Notes: generated by a model not told the origin, from the sequence alone. A stretch of DNA of 64,000 nt from Octopus bimaculoides (GCF_001194135.2 NC_068992.1:64055195-64119194); one strand, 5' to 3'; shown: positions 1-14,043, numbered from the stretch's first letter. Numbers and translations are program-made.

Positions 1-669
1 TAGTTTCAGTTAAAAGGATCGCAGCCCTCTATGTGTATGTATGGTTTAGCCCCCTGTGTGTATGTTCTTTAATACTTTGTGTAGTATAGGGAGCTTCCCT
101 GGATGCTATCCCGCTGCAAATTTGGCATATAAACAAAACACATACAGTGTGTGTGTGTGTGTGTGCGCGCGTGCGTGTGCGTGCGATTACTGGTGCTAAT
201 TTGAATTTGTAATTCAAATTTCTTTCACGTGTGCTATGCTGCAGCATATCAGCAAATAAACTTCACTCTATTTCCATATATAAGTCACACTCCAGCAGCA
301 ATTCACTTCGTTTTCAGATGATCCAAATAATGGCGAAATATCAGATATCTGGCATCTGGGACAAGCTGTCTCACCTAGTCTGTAACATTTGGTGTTCTGT
401 AACACTCGGCATCATCTAGCGGCTTCTCTGGATGTTATCCCACAGTAAATTTGGTATAGGAACAAAACATGCATTATGTATGTGACTGATAATGTTTATA
501 GATATATATACTCTGTAAAAAGTGGCTGCCATTAGAAAGGGTATCCAGCCATAAAAAAAAAAACATGCCAAAACAGAGTGGAGCTTGTTGTAGTCCTCTG
601 GCTTGCCAGTTCCTATTAAACCACCCAACCCATACCAGCATGGAAGACAGACATTAAATGATGATGATG

Positions 670-708
<39 letters not shown>

Positions 709-1241
709 TATCATGTATGTGTGTATCAGATTGGAGTCTGGTGCAGCCTATTGGCTTGCCAGTCCTCAGTCAAACCATCCAACCCATGCCAACATGGAAA
801 ATGGATGTTAAACAATGATGATGATGATGTATGTATATACACACACACATACATATTCTAGAAGTAAAGATATATTTTCTATTTCTCAGTTGGTTTGATT
901 TATTAAAAAAAAATATTTTTTAATACTTCTTCCTTTCAAAAGAAATTTGTAAACCTTTAATCTCAATTCTAAGAAATCTGCTTCATGTATCAAGTAAATA
1001 AGGCAGGCATAGAGTACAAAAGAATTGAGAAAATAGCAAAAGCATTAAGTTCATTAAGAGATATGCATGAAGGCAAGATATAGAGCGCATGACAAAGACA
1101 ATTGAAAAGTTTTTGATATGATCCAAGTTTAGAGAATATACTCAGAGGTCATGTGCCATCCACTGGCTGGTGATGGCAAGTGAACAGAGTTGATTCAGTT
1201 TAACTGCATCACTTCTGTGACTGAAATTTTTATGTAATTAA

Positions 1242-1463
1242 CCCTTTTGTTACCATATCTCTGTTGAGATGCTCTGTGTTTCTTTCAATTAATTTTAAAT
1301 CTAACAAAGAATTTAGTAAAATAACTAAGTTATCATTCAGCTAGTGTTAGGAACATTAATTGTGACTAAGGCTTGGTAGAAGATTTTAATTCAGAACTTA
1401 TGAAAATAAGACATTTGTACTACAGAGCCAGAACCGGTTTCGGCCAGGTTGGTAACGAAAGTG
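1242..1463. mobile_element. piggyBac-type MITE (second family; partial copy ending ~17175)
   Basis: TTAA|CCCTTTTGTTACC...GGTAACGAAAGTG|TTAG. Confidence 0.65.
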
Positions 1464-2699
1464 TTAGCTAGGTTTGTATAGTAGCAGATAAGTTTCACTA
1501 TATTGTCAGTAATATGGTATCCTGGTTATGTTACACATGTTCATTTTGTTTTACAGTAGTTTTTCTAGGCTGGCATGGGTTAGATGAAATTTGTTGTGGA
1601 TAGTTTTCCATGGCTGGATGTCCTTTGTGTTACCAACCCATACCTGATTTTAATTAAGGTATCTCTTCCTCCCACATTGTTCCTCACACACTAAAAGCAT
1701 AAACTCCTGGACTTTTTGCTTAAAAATAACAGTATTTTGGTTTAAACAGTGTTAATGAGGACACATGGAATGACACTTATACACATTCACAGAATGAAAT
1801 CTTTCTTGGTTTCTATCAAATAATTTCATTCATAAGGTACTGGTTAGCTCAAAATTATAGTAGAAGCGACATGCCGAAAGTGCCACCCAGTGGGATCAAA
1901 CCAAGTACCATGTGGCCGCAAAGCAAACTTCATAACCACAAAACCATGCCTACACCTAGTCATGCCTGTATGAATTATAAAACAAGAATGGAACGGTTTT
2001 TTTTCTGGCAATACATTTTGCGTATACATAATTGACTCATACGTCCCACCCAATTTAGGCTATTTTTTTATTAGTATGTATCTATATGGCAATCACTCTG
2101 AGTGAGTTTTCTTTTAAATTTTTTCCCCTCTAATTCACTTTGATATTTCTCAATTACCCAAGCATAGTTACATTCATACATCCCGACAACAACTTCCACA
2201 CACTTAATTGCTTAGCGATAACAACTAGTGTCAAGAAAAATTGAACTGGGTTAATGACAGGCTAAAGTAGTCGATAATGAAAACAAAATGACATCGATTT
2301 GCCACCTAATTTAAAAGTATATTACACCAAGTGTGTCTCAATAGCTATTTATTTATTTTAGTAATTTATGAACAAAAATACAGAAAAAATACACCAGAAT
2401 TTTAACTGCAATAGCCTTTATTCCATTGAAATGGTAAGAATAACTTATATTTGGCTTTTCACATGAGTTGCTTCAACATAAAGTAACAACCACTGCCATT
2501 TTAACTCATCATGAAAACAGAAGCTTTTAGAATCACTTCATTCAAACCAGATTAAATAGACATTCAGTTTTATGCGACAGATCACCATTTTATTTTTTAT
2601 ACAAAATTGGTAAAAAAAAAAAAAAAGGTTTATGTAATTAACCAAAATGTGCAATCATCTGGTATGCCATTAAACAAAAACATGTGTGTGTGTGTATGT

Positions 2700-2960
2700 G
2701 CATGCATTGCACACTACACTGATTTGTATAGACATGTAATGTATACGGATGACAACAAGTGAGTGAAAGAGTGCCAAAAGATTCATGTAGAAGGAACCAG
2801 TGGAAGAGGAAAGCCAAAAAAGATATGTGCAAACGTTGTGAAGGCTGATCTCAGGAAGGTGAATCTCACAAATGAAATGAAAATGGAACACAAGTAGCAG
2901 GACACTGAGGTGGAGAAGAACTGTCCAACTCATGCTAGCATTGAAAATTAATGTAAAAAT
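2700..2960 (+). mobile_element. Degenerate RTE LINE 3' end
   Basis: HVMYTDD...VEGTSGRGKPKKICANVVKADL matches the RTE GRPKKTW--V--D- motif. Followed by a CCAACTCATGCTAGCAT tail like the 12286 copy. Confidence 0.65.
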
Positions 2961-3148
2961 ATTAAAGATAATGTACATACACATAAGGGTTAACAAAATT
3001 TACAATGAGAGGTGATGATAACTAGGAAAAAGATGATACAACAGGTCTATATAAACTAATGATAATTGTTGTTTAGTTCCAGGCTGGCTCTGATCCATAG
3101 ACATATATATTATCAAAGGATTTCTGGCTCTGACTATCCTGTCTCTTA

Positions 3149-3194
<46 letters not shown>

Positions 3195-3451
3195 AACAAT
3201 ATTGTCTAGTGTATACAAAATAAAGAATGATTCTAAAAAGGACAGAAGGTTATTGACAAAGATAAGAGGAATGCTTGCAGAAGGGGAGAGACAGTTTGCA
3301 GAAGAACTGGCACTTATCTGTTAATATAATCCTTCTTAATCATATGAATACATCAAAGAATTATATCAGCTACCAAAATATCTTATGAAGCCATAATCAT
3401 CATTAATTGAACATATGTTCAGTTTCATAAAAAACAGAATTACATATACAC

Positions 3452-3638
3452 ATACCGTTGACTGAACACTATTCAATTTTTTTTCTCCGTGTTTTTCTCC
3501 TTGTCTCCGTATTCTTTCTGTTGAAGAGCGTAGCTCGAAACGTCAAAGACTTTCCGTATTCCCGAGCGTCATACTAATACATCCTTTTGTTGTTTACACC
3601 ACTTGTCCTCGTCTGTTGTTATTATTTGTATATTCTCC

Positions 3639-3640
<2 letters not shown>
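3452..3640 (+). mobile_element. Penelope-like pseudo-LTR with a hammerhead-like motif (3513-3549)
   Basis: TCTTT CTGTTGA A GAGC-GTA-GCTC GAAA CGTC^ AAAGA gives type I hammerhead topology with a variant core. The segment ends in (TA)n. Confidence 0.55.
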
Positions 3641-3690
<50 letters not shown>

Positions 3691-5639
3691 CATGCACACA
3701 CATACATATTCTAGTTTGATCTTTGTTTTTATTAAGGGAGTTCTCTTTTCATATTTTTGTATGTTCTTTGCAGTATGTTTGGCATAGTAAAGTTCCTAAA
3801 CCGTAAAAGTCACATCTTCAGGACGAAGTGATGTTGGCATGTATTGCGACTCCTTATAGTAGGTCAATATATCATCAGTCAGGTAAACTGCATGTGTGTG
3901 TGTGTGAGAGAGAGAGGGGGGGGGGACACACAGACAGACAGACTAGAGCATGTTTGTACATTTATTTTAGCATTGTGCTGTTATGAATTGTTTATTTTGC
4001 AGTGTTCTGTGGAGGATAGTTGTGTTACCAATTAATGCTTTCCTATCTGATTTTTCTGATGTGTTGTATGGTGCATTCATTGCAATAGCTCCCATGGTTA
4101 AGTGACAGTAAACCAAAACTGCATGGCCAGCAACATTCTCATTGGCAATTAGATTTATAAACCACATTGGTCCTAAGTAGCTTGTACAAAGGTTTACATG
4201 CATATTGCTTCTTATAAATAAAGTTTTTATTTTTTGTGTCTTAATATATTACTAGGGTTAGTTTATGGTTTAGTGTAATGGATTGTGTTCTATTTAATGA
4301 GGTTTTAGTTGTATTTACTCATTTCATAATTAGTATACATTTAATAGGTATGGTGCCTGACATATTTATTACACTGCATTTATGTTTGTATTATTTCCAA
4401 ATTTGTTTTGTTTATCAGACTAGCTATTTGTTGAGCAGTGTTTGCTTTAATCTACATATTTCTTCATCTAGTGTTTCATTTGTAGAGAAGCTAAATGCTC
4501 TTCTACATAGAGACCTTACTACTGATATTTTGTATCCATATGTAGGCACAGGTGTGGCTGTATGGTAAGAAGTCTGCTTCCTAACCACTTGGCTTTGGGT
4601 TCCGTTTAACTGCATGGCACCTTGAGTGAGCGTCTTCTAATAAAACTGTAAACCAATGAAAGCTTTGTGAATGGATTTAGTAGACAGAAATTTAAAGAAG
4701 CCTATCATTTATGTGTGCGTGTGTGTGTTACTGTCTCCTTGCCTTGACATTGCATCACCATCATGCAAGTAGTGTCCTTTTCCAATCTTCCATGGCAACA
4801 TGTCTGGTCATGGGGAAATATTACCTTACTTGGAAACAGGCAAGGGTTGGCGACAGGAAGGGTATCCAACCGTAGAAAGTTTGCCTCAACAAATTCTGCC
4901 TGACCCATGTGAGCACCGGATAGTTGACATGAAAACGATGATATACTTCCACTGCCTCCCGGAAAGCCTATGCACTTATTTGTGATACAAATAAATGAAA
5001 GCATGTGAAGGCGCATGGCTCAGTAGTTAAAGTGTTTGGCTCACAATCATGAGGTAGTGAGTGTGTTGTGTTCTTGAGCAAGACACTTTATTTCATGTTG
5101 CTCCAGTTCACTCAGCTGTAGAAATGAGTTGCGACGTCATTAGTGCCAAGTTGTATTGGCCTTTGCCTTTCCTTTGGATAACAACAGTGGCATGGAGAGG
5201 AGGAGGCTGGTATGCATGGACGACTGCTGGTCTTCCATAAAACAACCTTGCCTGGACTTGTGTCTTGTAGGGGAACTCTCTAGGTGCAATCCCATGGTCA
5301 TTCATGACCAAAGTGGAGTCTTTAAATGAAAGCAAAACATTGTCCACTTAAATTTTGCACCATTTCTGCCAGCAACACCACAACACGCAGTGAGTTACCA
5401 TTTAGTTCCAGCAGACTTATGATCAAAATAATTCCAACTGTGACCATCCCATCCTTACCCCTGCCAGGCTATCATTTTTTTTAATGACTTGATAAGGAGG
5501 AAGGTGTGTTGTCTTTGTTCTTCATAGGCCTTCTGACACTGGTGAGAATGATTATATCATTTATGTTCAGTCTGAACGGTTGTAAAGTCAACATCTGCAG
5601 GAAATATGTTGGTGAGAAGGGAATTCCAGAGAACTGATG

Positions 5640-6850
5640 TTCATATCTAGGATTACATTATCCGAGGTGTGTAACAGTTCCAGGGTAGCAATAGAGCTAC
5701 ATGGAAGATATTGTAGATGTAATTTCATAGTTACACTAAAAGCAGCAATTCGTTAAAACATCAACAGTGCAATCAAAAGAACTAAATGAGGAGCAGGAAT
5801 AGTACAAGAACGGAGGACTGGAAAAAGTAAAGCTGGGAGCCAATTATAGAAACTGGAATGGCTTATAATAGACCATGTGTTTTAGACAAATTATATAAGG
5901 CAAACAACCAGATTACCTACTTATCTGAATTAAGTCGACATGTAAATTTTGACACAGCACTAATGCGCTCTGTTTAGGAGGTTTATAAGGACAGGGTAAG
6001 GTTGAGTCAGTTAAATAAAGATGTTACAGCTGATAAGGATTGAAATTTCAAAGATACTATGAATAGAAGAAATTTAACTGCTAGCTACCATGGAGCTGTG
6101 GATGGCAGATGGACAAAAATGTAAAAGTCAATATATAAAGAAGAACAACAATCACAAAATTTTACAGTTATTGCTCATTTTAATTTTGTTAATTTTGAAT
6201 TTGCTCTGAAAAATCATTTTAAAATATGAAGTTCTAAAATTGCTTCCATTCTATGTAGGCAGACTTTAGACAGTAATGAAAATAACCAAGCAATTGTTCT
6301 CAGTTGATTAAAAATGCTAAAACAAGATAAACTTTGTAAAACTGAAGACAACTTTAAAAATAAAGGAAGTTCAGTAAAGAAATGACTAAGAAGAGGGAAG
6401 TCAGAAACTTTCAATAATGATTGATAACATAAGCACAAATGCAAATATATGTGGGGTTAGAGTAGATAGATTCTATAATAAACCTTTTGAAAGCTTTCGA
6501 TAATAAAGATTTTATGTGGCTAAGTTCCTCAAATTTTAACAGAAGATTTATAACATTTAAGAACAAGAACAGTAGTAAAAAGCATGTTAACAGAGATCAG
6601 AGGATGTTTTAAAAGAAATGACCATTTCTACTGCTTTCAAAGACAAAAAGAAAAATAATCTAAATCAAACAATAGTATTGGTAATATTACCTTAAAGCCA
6701 TGGATTGATGAAAGAAGATTAATATCATGGCTCATATATACAACTATTTCTATAATGACAGAAACTAATCAGTTGATCATTAAATGAAAGTTTGATGGAG
6801 AATGGATTATTCAAAGGGAATATCAAGCTGATTTTGTTTTATCTTCAAAA
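5640..6850 (+). pseudogene. Highly decayed non-LTR retrotransposon RT (RTE-like)
   Basis: Scattered recognisable RT words (AIKR-K..AG; DHVF-LRQII-K...YL; KY-G) broken by stops and frameshifts. Confidence 0.4.
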
Positions 6851-7748
6851 ACAGGTTTATATTATTAATCACATTTCAAGATTTCACATTGAATTTCAAT
6901 AATTGGTATGATAAATAGATCAATATGGCAACAGATAAAAAAAAAAAAATTGTAAATAGAAAATGGTTTTGTATAAATTCTTTCCCTCACAATGAAAGAA
7001 CCCTTTCAAATTTGGCTTCTAAGTCCTCCAGGACATTTTAACAGATCAACTTAAAAAGTAAGTCGTACAATATGAATATTACACTAGTCCAAAAGACATT
7101 TAATCTGTTTTCTTTTAATGCTAGTTTCTATTTAATAAGTTTTACTCTATTAATCTATTAAATCAATCCAGATTTACACAGTGGTAACTACACTGAAGCA
7201 TATGAACAAGTAATTTCATGTCTCCAAAGTAATAATTAACCCTCTCATGTACTTGGTCTATTTCATATTTTAAATTCCCATTGCTAAATCTTAAACTGAC
7301 TGCAGTCATTGCCCTATCTCATTTGTCTCACTGGTTTTTGTATTTCAATTCTTTTTTTTAAGCAAGCTTGCCCTAAAGTGTGAAATCATTTGTAAAAGTT
7401 AATAGATTGAATCAATATGAATGACAAGAGTAAAGATAGAATCTCTAAGTGTCAGTTTCCTTTCAGAAGTGACAGGGTGTGAAGTTGCAACAAAACAGGG
7501 AAGAAACAAAAAAAAAAAAAAAAAAAAAATCAAACTGAAATATTTTGAATTCACATTATGGCCTAGTTAGTAAAAACATACCATGGAATACATAAAAGAG
7601 AAAACTTCACACACACACACATGCATTTATAGAGAGAGAGTTAATTGACATAGCATGATTGAGATATTATCCTGTAGATTTTTACAACTGTCAAAAAAGA
7701 AAGAAAATAACTAAGTCAAATATTTCATATGAACAATAAAACTTATAA

Positions 7749-7794
<46 letters not shown>

Positions 7795-8365
7795 CTTTTT
7801 ATGAAGAGAAAATGTACTGAGATTAAATTTCAAAGAGTTAATTTTTCTACATAATAATGTCTGTGATATATTTTCGACATTATTTTATTATTTGGTTTTT
7901 AAGACATTATTTTGTAAAAGTTATACAGTTTCAAGTTTAACTGAATGTCACTTAAAAGAAAAGGAAAGGCTTTTTTTTTTTTACCTAGACACACCCTAAG
8001 AAAGAATTAAGAAGGTCAGTAAACAAATTTAGTACACAATATCATAAAAAGTTTATATTCCTGAAAGATCTATGACATACAACATATACCAATTTAATAA
8101 AATGGGTCATATAGGGTCACCTCTTTATATATTAGCACTCAACTTCAAAAACAAGATATTTTGTTTTAGGCAGGGAAGTCAACTGAATGAATGAGTAATA
8201 AACAATAAAAAAGCACAACCTAGCTTAAGTCAGAACAGCTGAAAGTTTTTATTGAACTGATTTTCAGGGCAAAATTCACATGGCATCAGGTATTATATGT
8301 AGTATTCAAAACCCTCTTCCTCTGTTGAGGGGGTCTTTGTCTTGCAAGTTACTTGGCGACTTCAC

Positions 8366-8407
<42 letters not shown>

Positions 8408-8699
8408 CACATAAAAAGCAACCAGTGCACACTGTAAAGTGGTTGGCATTAGAAACCATGCCAAGGCAGACAGTAAAGTTTGGTGCAGTCCTCTGGCACA
8501 CCAGGTCCATTCAAACCATCCAACCCATACTAGCATGGAAAACTGATGCTAAACAGTGATAATGATTTAAAGAGTAATATTCTAGAGAATAGATAAAAGT
8601 TTATAGATGGATGAGAGAGTTAGAATTAGGCTGAGAGTATGGCTGCCAGAAAATACAAGGAAAACTAAGAAAAGAACTAAAAAATATCAACAGCAAAAA

Positions 8700-9750
8700 A
8701 CAGAGGCACAGGAATTTCTTTTCCTCTCTCTGGAAGAGCAAGTCCCCTAAAACACAACTGCACACTCAATGGTAAAAAGTAAAGCCAATGTTTTCATCCA
8801 GGTTCTTGCAAGAAAACTCTCGTACACCAAACACTAGTGTTACAGAGTGTGATCTTCAAACCAAGATAATGCAACAACTTAACAAAAGAGCCATTCTTGC
8901 CCAAATTTCTCTCCAAATCTTAAGGAGTGCTATAAGAAACTAACTAACAGTCATACTATTTCCTTTGTCACATATATTTCACTTGTCTCTAACTTCCACA
9001 CCTGTACAAGAGAAACTTAAGAGCTGACATCAGAAATGAACCCATATTGTTGTTATTCAGCATTGCCAATAAAGTAATGGAATCATGAATCCATAAATAA
9101 TTGCACATTATCTGATAACAAACCAACTAATTCTGTGCAGACAAATCAGTTTGCCACTAAACTTCAGTGTAGCAGATCTTGTTAGTCAGACTGAAAATTA
9201 GCCATATACTAAGGACTCCAAGTTGTTTAAAATTTCAGTTTAGGGAGCTGTCTGGAACAAATAAATCTTTAAATACAAAGACTACATCTAACCTTTCAAG
9301 AAGAACTTGGAGTTCAGAAGAAGGAAATCTTAACACCAACTCAATAAAGTTACACATTTATTTGCAGCTTGAATTAAGAATTCATATAAAGGCAGTAACA
9401 GCAACAAATAAAAGTTTCACGTTTATTTCTAGAGAAATGAAGGCTGGATGTTTCTTCAAATTTGAAAGCATGCAGCAATTTCTCTCCATAAACTTTACAC
9501 AGCTTAGTTTCACATCTTACTATCCTTTTTAGAATTTGCTTGGTTCCTATATATTTTATGCAAGTCAAATCACTACAAGGTCCTTTCAAATAGAATACTG
9601 CTTAATTATTGAAATGATGATGCTGCTTCCTCTTCTACAAGCTTGTTTTAACAGCTGTTACATTGAAGGACACATTGGAAAACATTTTAAACAACTGTTC
9701 TCTTTTTTTCTAACAGTCAATTTTTTCCCCAAGTTATCATGGATGGAATA
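8700..9750 (+). pseudogene. Highly decayed CR1/L2/Jockey-type LINE RT
   Basis: Remnants such as ILKECYKKL, SIANKVMES, DKSV...S-ADL and LFAA appear in RT order. No intact frame. Confidence 0.45.
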
Positions 9751-10990
9751 ATTTTTCCAATCTGGTTATTTGAATATCATTAGGGCAAACCATTCACCCA
9801 TTAAGTGTGTGGAACTTGTATGTAAGCTTGACAGACTGAGGCGAGCTGTGCTATGTACCTTATTCAGAAGCATAATGCAACTGTTCTATCACTGAAACTC
9901 TCAATTCGGCATTAAAAAAGGTTGGTCTCCTGAGCACGTATGTTCCTGATTAAGTGTGAACAAAATTTGTATTTTGATGGTGATGACAGGCTAAAGCAAC
10001 ATGTCTACATTTTACGAGAAGAACAACTATTACATGAATTTATAAAACCTCTACAACCTTCTTTCAAATATGATACCAAAAGAGCCACACAACTAAATGT
10101 CCGCATTAAACTAGATAGATGTCAATGACAATGATGGTTCTCCAATCAATTCCAGTTACTCTACCAACTATCTGACCATGAAATCGGTCATAACAACAAC
10201 ATATTTGAGAAAAAAATCTATTGAGTAGCTGTCAGGATTTTTTAAAATGCAAAAACCGTATTTATGGTATTAATTCTTAAAATAGAAGTTTATATTTAGA
10301 CACTGTGTGCTGAAACATGGAAACATTCACAAAAAGATAAAGAACAGATTCATACTATAGATTTCCAGTTAGTTTTGTTGTTTTTTTCTTCTTTATTAGT
10401 CTTTCTCATTGTCTTCAACAATGGTAGGTCTTTACATATCAAATGAGCTACATCAACTTAAAAAGTAACAATTACTTTTGTTTTAATTATCTGTATATGT
10501 ACTTTTATCCTTATATCTGGGTTGATCTATCCAGGAAATAATGTTATGCAGAATCTCTGCAGTTTTATGATATTAGCACCTATTAGTTCAAATCAATTTT
10601 TAAAAAAAAAGTTTACATCCATAGCAAAATCTAGAAAAAGCTAAAAAGCATTGTGATAGGATTAAAAAAAAAAAATATTGTCAATCTTGAATTAGAGATA
10701 AAATTGAATATTTTAAACACAAGGTTCTGCTCTAATGCAACATAAGTCACATCACTGGTGTGACTTATGTTGCATTTACTTATATTGCAAATATGTATTT
10801 ACTGAGTAAACATTAACACATGTTAGTGTGTAAGAAAGATAATATCTATAGGTCTGCTCAATTCGAGTTGACCTGGGGTTAAACAACTACCAAGTATCAG
10901 TTCTTGTATTACACTTAAAATGAATCAGGCCAACACTAGTGTTCTAAATTTCTAAGTCATTATATGACTTCAGAAATTTGGGTGATACAT

Positions 10991-11067
<77 letters not shown>

Positions 11068-11599
11068 TGTGTGTATATATTCTTGTATCACCCATAATTC
11101 TTATTTTTAAAAAAAAGGTTGATTCTTTATTCAAGGTTAATGATGTAATTATATTTTGAAAAAACACCAACAATAGTTTCAGGGAAAGAAAAAGCTTGTG
11201 AAAAATCTCATTATGAACTTTTCAATCTAATGACAATGGAAGAATGATTCCCTTGTCAGTATTAGGATAACTGGATATTAACAAACAGGGTTTCAGTACA
11301 TAAATTGTTTTTTTTTTCTCTAATTAAAAACAGTTGCTTTTTATGGCTTTGGCATGTTAAAGTTATAACACTGCCAATAATAAAAATATGAACACGCATG
11401 TACGTACTTCTACATGGTTATCTATATATGTATAAACACACAGATCTACAAAAATACACTGATATATCAACCACATATCTCACACAAATCATAAGAAAAA
11501 AATATTTAGTTGTTATGTTCACAATTAGCATTTATACAATGAAATGTATGTTTTCAGAAAGTCAATAAAATGAAGAAAAAAGCTGAAGGAAGTGTTTAC

Positions 11600-11661
11600 C
11601 TGCGCCAACTGGTGTCTGGAGGAAGTGATAAGTAAGTTGCTCCATAAGGTGAGCAATCAGC
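11600..11661 (-). CDS. CRTC: CRTC coding exon 4 (62 nt); the gene continues beyond the window start
   Basis: ctccag|ADCSPYGATYLSLPPDTSWR+AG|GTAAAC, matching the CRTC motif D-SPYG--YLSPP-DTSWRR. The expected next exon (RTNSDSALH) was not found in 1-11599. Confidence 0.95.
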
Positions 11662-12285
11662 CTGGAGATTAAGTTAAAGAAAATAATGGAAATATTGATA
11701 TCTGAAAGAAAAACAATCATACTAAACATAGAACCTTTAATTTTTGGAACAGAAAATCAAGAATATGTGAGGGTCATACTTTTCTCAATGGCATTAGTAA
11801 CATGGATGAAATGAAATAGCTATAACTGGGAAGCAAAACCAAGTAGATGATTCAGAATTTGGAAGTTTGTTTCTATGATAGTCAATAAAGGGGAAAACTA
11901 TATTGATTTTTAACTTATGCAAAAGGCTATTATTTTGAGAAGGGGGTTTAATTAGGTTATATTAACCCCAGCATTTGAGTGATACCTTATTTTACTGAAC
12001 TCAGAGAGAGGAATAACAATTTTAACCTCGGTCAGAAGATTGAAACTGAGAAAGTAATGAGATGACATTAGATACTACCTGTCAAATATTAAAACTTTTA
12101 CAGGAGAATTAGGCATAGGCGTGGCAAGAAGCTTGCTTCCCAAAAACATGGTTCCGGGTTCAGCCCCACTGCATGGCACCTTGGGTAAGTGTGTTCTGCT
12201 ATAGCCTCGGTGCAACCAAAGCTTTGTGAGTGGATTTGGTAGACGGAAACTGAAACAAGCCCGTCGTATATATATGTGTGTGTGT

Positions 12286-12695
12286 GTGACCTGGGATGAG
12301 GTAGTGAAGCACGACCTTTGAACATTAGGCCTCACCGAGGCAATGACTTCTGACCGAGACCTTTGGAAATATGCTGTGTGTGAGAAGACCCGGCAAGTCA
12401 AGTGAGACCAAAATCCAAGGCCACTTGTGCCAGTGACACGTGAAAAGACATTCGAGCGAGATCGTTGCCAGTGCCGCTGGACTGGCTCCTGTGCAGGTGG
12501 CACGTAAAATACACCATTTTGAGCATGGCCATTGCCAGTACTGCCGGACTGGCCTTCATGCCAAGGGCATCCAGCTGTAGAAACTGCCAAATCAGAATGG
12601 AGCCTGGTGTAGCCATCTGGTTCACCAGTCCTCAGCCAAATTGTCCAACCCATGCTAGCATGGAAAGCGGACGTTAAACGATGATGATGATGATG
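12286..12695 (+). mobile_element. RTE-clade LINE 3' end (ORF2 end + 3'UTR + (GAT)n tail) nested in a SINE
   Basis: TWDEVVKHDL*TLGLTEAMTSDRDLWKYAV, then a 3'UTR ending CCAACCCATGCTAGCATGGAAAGCGGACGTTAAACGATGATGATG. Confidence 0.8.
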
Positions 12696-13970
12696 TATAT
12701 GTATGTATATATTTGTGTATCTGTATTTGTCCCCTCATCATTGCTTGACAACCGATGTTGGTGTTTACGTCCCTGTAACTTTGCAGTTCGACAAAAGAGA
12801 CTGATAGAATAAGCACTAGGCTTACAACAAATATGTCCTGGTGTCGATTTGTTTGACTAAAGGCGTTGCTCCAGCATGGCTGCAGTTACATGACTGAAAC
12901 AAGTAAAGAAAAGAATAAATATTTTATGAATGTGTACACACACACAAAGATGTTGCTTTATTCCACAACTATAAAAATGGAAACTTGGAGTAGCAGCTGA
13001 GTGAAGATTCAGTATTGAATAAATGAATGAACTCTCAAAGCACTCTATACATGAATAGAGTACGTTTTTCATACACACATTTAGAATATATTCAGTAGAG
13101 TCTATTTGTTTGAAGTTGATGAGTCATCTCATCACAATTTTAAGCTTATAATCTGTTGCCTAAATAAACAAGAATATGTGAATGCACAAAAGCAATAAAA
13201 TACTTCAAACACATATAAACCACATACCGCATTTTCCAACATGCAAGTCAAATTTTTCAGACCAAAATTTACAGAAAAATAAAAAAAATGGTTGATTTAC
13301 ATAACCAAGACAACTTTGGAAGACCAAAAATTCCATGTGAAATGCAGTAAGATTTGGAAAGATGATGTTTGAATGATTACACTACATACTATGTTAACTT
13401 ATATGATAGAAAATAAGATATATTGTCACCATCATCATTTTATGCCCATTTTTATGTGCTGGCATGGTTTGGTTGGTTCAACAGGACCTGATGAGTCACA
13501 GGAACAGATATTGCTCCAATATCTCAGTTTTGGCATGGTTTCAGTGATTGCATGTCCTTAAGAACACCAACACACACACATATATATATTTGTTTTTCCA
13601 TGCTAGCATGGGTTAGACAAATATATTACTGAAGCACTGTTTTACACAACTGGATGTACTTCCTGTTGCTAACCTTTAACTGTTTTTCAAGTAATTTTTG
13701 ACGAAGGAAATGACAAGAATATCACCACTTGCAGACTCTTGGAGAAGTGCAATATAGACACATACATACAGGTACAGAGTTACAAACATACACATATATA
13801 TATATATATATACAAACATACACATATATATATATATACAAACATGCATACTTCATCATCATCAGTACCTTTGCAATAGAAGAGTTATTCGACCAACATG
13901 TGCAATATTAACAACCTATGACAATTCATAAAAAACATTATGCCGAATTTTGCATTACTTATTAGAAAAC

Positions 13971-14043
<73 letters not shown>

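Noticed and set aside
1-11599. CRTC exon 5 (RTNSDSALH)
   Set aside because: Not found by eye in the required phase; it presumably lies beyond the window.
12075-12653. 192-aa minus-strand ORF
   Set aside because: It is the antisense reading of the nested LINE 3'UTR and SINE.
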